Source: an uncultured archaeon | GTDB lineage: Archaea; Asgardarchaeota; Thorarchaeia; Thorarchaeales; Thorarchaeaceae | Assembly: GCA_964558645.1 (NCBI GenBank) | Contig: CAZLEV010000024.1 | Coordinates: 1-39,522 of the forward strand | DNA: 39,522 bases | Reading direction: 5' to 3' | Shown here: piece by piece, positions 35,763-39,522 of the stretch | How the letters are laid out: every line of letters begins with the position of its first letter | How positions within the stretch are numbered: position 1 is the stretch's first letter | Notes under the pieces: generated by a model | Seen by the model: the letters and a program-made list of their open reading frames with translations, nothing else | Databases searched by the model: none | What the model was told of the DNA's origin: nothing | Program-made: the position numbers and the translations under genes

Positions 35763-35835
35763 CGACTGAGCACCTTCAATTACATGCCCGTCGGTGCATT
35801 AAAAAGATTGACTCTCCTGACGATGTGACTGAACG

Positions 35836-36567
35836 ATGAATCCCGACGATTCTGATATTGTTGGAAGAGAGTATCGGCAGGGCAAGGTGGCCTACGAGTT
35901 CCAATGGAATCGGTCGAACCATGAGGCACTGGGAAACGCAGAAGGCGACTTGGCGGCTCTCTGGGCCCATCTTGAATCTGTGGCCAGAGGAAACATTCCT
36001 GAGGCCCCTTTTAGTGATCCGTTCTATTCGCGGGCCTCTTCGTTGAGACCGGCCAAGATGAGTCCAGCATCTCATATCGGACTGCGTCGAAAACTCATGA
36101 AGAGTGGGACCATCCGACCATCTGTTGAAGATGACCTAGTTAAGATGATACGGGACTTCCACAGAGAGATTGATGACTTTTCATACTGTGCAGACCATGG
36201 AATACTGAGAGAATTCCTTTGCAGAGACCCAATGACTGTTGCTCGGGAGGTTCCTGTCTGGTCTGATTACTACCATCTCTCCGGTCACATTGATTTGGTT
36301 CGATACTCAGATGGAATGATCCAAGTCTGCGACTACAAGCCTGGCCCCCTTGAATCTACGAAGAAACGATTCTTCGAATCCCTCCCTCAGGTCTCGGCGT
36401 ACGGGGAGATGATGACTTACCATCTTGCATCCACACTTCGCAGTGCTCTGGATGCCCCCACCCTCCCCAGAGTATCTTGCTGTGTGTTTGACTCCCACTC
36501 AAGCTGGCATTTTGGGGCTGAGTTGTTTGTGACACTTGAGAAGTCGGGGAAGATAAGCGGCCTCTAG
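35836..36567 (+). CDS. PD-(D/E)XK nuclease (RecB/Cas4-like superfamily)
   Basis: REVPV, GHIDLV, VCDYK, PQVSAY (QxxxY) motifs. Confidence 0.82.
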   Translation: MNPDDSDIVGREYRQGKVAYEFQWNRSNHEALGNAEGDLAALWAHLESVARGNIPEAPFSDPFYSRASSLRPAKMSPASHIGLRRKLMKSGTIRPSVEDDLVKMIRDFHREIDDFSYCADHGILREFLCRDPMTVAREVPVWSDYYHLSGHIDLVRYSDGMIQVCDYKPGPLESTKKRFFESLPQVSAYGEMMTYHLASTLRSALDAPTLPRVSCCVFDSHSSWHFGAELFVTLEKSGKISGL

Positions 36568-37401
36568 CTATGAGCCGTTGGGGATGCGTACCATACTGAT
36601 GTCTTCCTCAATCGTGGGAGCTGCAGAGGTATTACGGTTTAGTTTGAGTTGGATAGGTGGGCGTTGCGATACTAGCCCCTCGCGGATGCGTGAGAAGTAA
36701 TTCTCGTTCAGTACTCCAAATCGATTGAGGGCCGGGTCGACCGGAATCCAGCCCAGCCGCTCAAGAAACACCTCACACCATGCATGAGGTTCTGGTTCTG
36801 GAACTCCTTTGTAGTAGTGGCCGAGAACCCGTCTTGCTGGAATCTTCACAGCCCTTGCGAGAGCAATGAGAAGGTCCGCATGTTCATCGCAGTCTCCCTC
36901 TTTCTCTCTTACAGCTCGTGATGCCCCCTTGCGTTCATCGAGATGGGTCTTCAGCTTCAAGCGATCCCGGACGACCTCGTATGCGAGTTTGAGATATGAC
37001 TCGTCGGTGGCTACATTCTCCGCAATGCTCTGGGAAAGCTCTTGGATGACCGGATCCTCGACCTCCCAGTACTTCTTCATCTTGCCAAATGTTCCTCGAA
37101 GTCGTGACTTAATCTGGTCCGGCGTATCTTGTGGTTCCATCATCCAGTCGCGTGTTGTGGTGTCAATTCTCAGGACAACCGTTGGGGTGAAGCTCTCTCC
37201 AGGACTCAGCTCTGGTACTTTTACCACTGCAACCATATTGCGTTCTGCTTTCTCTACAAATCGCGCTGGAGGAAAGACATCAATCATATCCACAAATTGA
37301 TTTGCCATGTCTGTATAGAGATGCCAGAACATCTTTCCATCCTTGATTTTGGACGTTCCCATGTTGTGGATGCTGGCCTGCATCTCTATTTTGAGTCGCA
37401 A
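36568..37401 (-). CDS. Transglutaminase-like cysteine protease domain protein
   Basis: GDCDEHA..ALARAVKIPAR, HAWCEV, WIPVDP catalytic triad; no signal peptide. Confidence 0.9.
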   Translation of the reverse strand: MRLKIEMQASIHNMGTSKIKDGKMFWHLYTDMANQFVDMIDVFPPARFVEKAERNMVAVVKVPELSPGESFTPTVVLRIDTTTRDWMMEPQDTPDQIKSRLRGTFGKMKKYWEVEDPVIQELSQSIAENVATDESYLKLAYEVVRDRLKLKTHLDERKGASRAVREKEGDCDEHADLLIALARAVKIPARRVLGHYYKGVPEPEPHAWCEVFLERLGWIPVDPALNRFGVLNENYFSRIREGLVSQRPPIQLKLNRNTSAAPTIEEDISMVRIPNGS

Positions 37402-37515
37402 ATTGTATCACCCAGACATAGATTTGGTAGTTCGACCCGACTGCGAATAGATTTATGTGTTGTCAACCCCCAAAAGGCCTTTGTCCATTTGTATTGAGGT
37501 TAACGAGGTCCTGTT

Positions 37516-38970
37516 ATGACTAAGGAGAACGACAATGTGAACGGTGAGGATGAGAAAGCTGTGATCGGCAAACTCCTGAGTGATTTGGGAGTCGATGAGG
37601 AGATGAAGCAGGACCTAATAGAGTCTGGTCGCATATCTGGCGACATATTCAAAGTAGAGTCTGCTGAAGAAGTTCGTCGAAGAGTTGAGATTGAGAAGAG
37701 CAACAAGCGACTCCGAGAAAACATCAATATGGTGGAGCGAAATCTTGCTGTCATGGACTCGAGCATCGACAAGATCGAGCGTGAGCTCATTCCTGTGGTT
37801 CTATCTTTTCTTGTCGGCCTCAAGGGGAATCTCGTGAACCTCAAGGAAACAGTGACCTCTCGGAGCAGAAGGCGCGCCAAGACAAACCTACAGCTCACCT
37901 ATGTGGAGAAGGAAGTCAAGCCGATTGTTGAGGAAGAGTTCGCTGACGTTGAAGAGACCCTAACCTCTGAAATCTCAACGCCTATTCTAGACAAAATCCG
38001 AGATTTGACCGACAGTCTGAAAGAGGATTTGAAAGTGACCTCGGAGGAACTCGCAGACCTGAAAGCTAGTACTGATGATTTCTTGCAGCGTACCAGCACA
38101 GAGATTGAGTTTCTGACTAAGGCTCTCAGCATGAAGCCTAAGGTTGAGGTACCAAAGGAAGTCAGTGAAAAACTGAAGACGATGGAACGTAGTCTGGAGG
38201 AGCTTGATCGGGACCTAACACTGACAAAACAGAAACTCGATAATAGAGAGAGTCAGATTCAAGCTCTCCAAGAGAGTCTGGATACGGAGAGGCAGAGGAG
38301 CAAAGGTCTTGAAGAAGCAGTTGCAAAACTCAGATCTTCGCCGTCTGCAGATACCAGCGCCATTGCAGAACTGCGCCAAACTGTCAAGTCACTTGAGGCG
38401 TCTAGAGATCTGCTGAAGGAGAAGGTCGACGAGGCTAATCGGCGAGCTGATGAGTCTGAGGCAAAGACCAAGGAACTGCTTTCTCAGCTTGCAAAGGGAG
38501 AACTCGAGCTCGAGGATGCCAAGGCCAAAGTGTCGAAGATGGAGGTCAACATCGAAAAGACGACTGAACGGTTGGCTGAGATAGACGATTTGAAAGCAAG
38601 AATCCGTTCATACGAGTCAGGTGACAGGGCTCGGGAGCTTGAGCGTGTAAGTGGAGAGTTGGGACGGGTTTCCGCAGCTATGGACCGAACAACACGCGAA
38701 TACGAGTCGATGAAGACCCAGCTTGAGTACACTCAGAATAGACTTCAGGGATATCTCGATTTGATGGAGAGTACTGAGAAGACAAAGGCATTTCTCATGG
38801 TTGAGGAGAACCATGAGATGTCACTCCGCGAGATTCAGCGCTCTCTGGGTATATCGCCTGCACAGGTCCGAAAATGGGCTGAAGAGTTTGAGAGCCTTGG
38901 AATCGCAAGGATTGTAAACGACGACACCCTAGTACTGGCTGACCGGCCCCCCGAAGAAGCATCTAGCTGA
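37516..38970 (+). CDS. Long coiled-coil protein with a C-terminal winged helix-turn-helix
   Basis: Heptad-rich E/K/L segments across most of the length; C-terminal SLREIQRSLGISPAQVRKWAEEFESLGIARI; no Walker motifs. Confidence 0.82.
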   Translation: MTKENDNVNGEDEKAVIGKLLSDLGVDEEMKQDLIESGRISGDIFKVESAEEVRRRVEIEKSNKRLRENINMVERNLAVMDSSIDKIERELIPVVLSFLVGLKGNLVNLKETVTSRSRRRAKTNLQLTYVEKEVKPIVEEEFADVEETLTSEISTPILDKIRDLTDSLKEDLKVTSEELADLKASTDDFLQRTSTEIEFLTKALSMKPKVEVPKEVSEKLKTMERSLEELDRDLTLTKQKLDNRESQIQALQESLDTERQRSKGLEEAVAKLRSSPSADTSAIAELRQTVKSLEASRDLLKEKVDEANRRADESEAKTKELLSQLAKGELELEDAKAKVSKMEVNIEKTTERLAEIDDLKARIRSYESGDRARELERVSGELGRVSAAMDRTTREYESMKTQLEYTQNRLQGYLDLMESTEKTKAFLMVEENHEMSLREIQRSLGISPAQVRKWAEEFESLGIARIVNDDTLVLADRPPEEASS

Positions 38971-38973
38971 GAT

Positions 38974-39420
38974 CTATCTGTGGGAGACTTTTCTCAGGAA
39001 GTTGGCTAGGTCAAGTAGCCCGTCTAGTCTCAGTGCGTTCTCGTAGAGCTGCTCCAGTTCTGCTCTGTGTGTTTGGTTCTCCAAGTAGGCCCCCACTGCG
39101 GGTCTTAAAACCCCATCCAAGAAGCTTGAGCGGAGTTTCTCAAGTGCGTCAACATATGATGCAGTGAGGACTCTTGTTCCCAGGGCCTGTTTCACTGCCT
39201 GATAATAGCTGTTTTTGCTTAGTTCATCAGGCAAATGCACTCCATCACTGTAGAAGGCCTGCTTTGTCAAATTCCAGTATCGCTCCAAAGCAAGATTCAC
39301 ATCTGATATCGCCAGCATCTTGGCATCTGAGCACTGATCAAGGAAAGGTCTGCTACGAAGCGAAATCGTATCGAGCAGTCTGCTCAGCCTGTCAATCTCA
39401 ACAGCCCTTGGCATAAGCAC
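38974..39420 (-). CDS. Hypothetical helical protein
   Basis: 148-aa ORF convergent with the coiled-coil gene; TTAAAA promoter-like box upstream on the minus strand (~39447-39452). Confidence 0.65.
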   Translation of the reverse strand: MLMPRAVEIDRLSRLLDTISLRSRPFLDQCSDAKMLAISDVNLALERYWNLTKQAFYSDGVHLPDELSKNSYYQAVKQALGTRVLTASYVDALEKLRSSFLDGVLRPAVGAYLENQTHRAELEQLYENALRLDGLLDLANFLRKVSHR

Positions 39421-39522
39421 ACATCTTCAGTACTCCACGCATCTCCTTTTAACAATGTCTGAGTTCTCCAGTAGATTTGCATTACACGGATTGAAAGAGT
39501 GGACGGGTCTTCAATCTGGATC

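Noticed and set aside
35836-36567. cas4 / CRISPR locus
   Set aside because: No repeat-spacer array or other cas genes seen, and the Cas4 Fe-S cysteine pattern is absent.
37516-38970. SMC/Rad50
   Set aside because: No Walker A/B, signature motif, hinge or zinc hook.
1-39522. tRNA, rRNA, IS elements, integrase
   Set aside because: The intergenic gaps I inspected showed no cloverleaf/T-loop motif or terminal inverted repeats, and no ORF had transposase or recombinase motifs. tRNAscan/Infernal were not run.

Overview
Gene-dense archaeal chromosomal window of about 41 CDS, with TATA-like promoters, overlapping stop/start codons, and no rRNA, tRNA, CRISPR array or transposase that I could recognise. 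Gene content points to an Asgard archaeon, probably Thorarchaeia. This is an inference from ASH-Ski2/DUF5814 helicase, NreA, EndoQ, an OapC-like Zn-ribbon, a long RpoH and an Alg13/Alg14 pair. Highlights: (1) an RNA polymerase subunit H with a eukaryote RPB5-like N-terminal jaw domain; (2) Alg14+Alg13 with eukaryote-type motifs, plus a SEC59/DGK1-type polyprenol kinase and a DUF368 translocase, which together suggest a lipid-carrier cycle; (3) an FAD oxidoreductase paired with an Fe-S/CCG protein carrying an SCP2-like domain; (4) two features missing from the ORF track, a decayed mer pseudogene remnant (17334-17555) and a 39-aa desulforedoxin-like protein (26912-27031); (5) an EndoQ/OB-fold/NreA repair cluster; (6) a GC-rich pair of tandem surface-protein paralogs; (7) a structured ~90-nt leader and a perfect inverted-repeat operator. 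All homology calls come from motif recognition by eye; no database searches were run.
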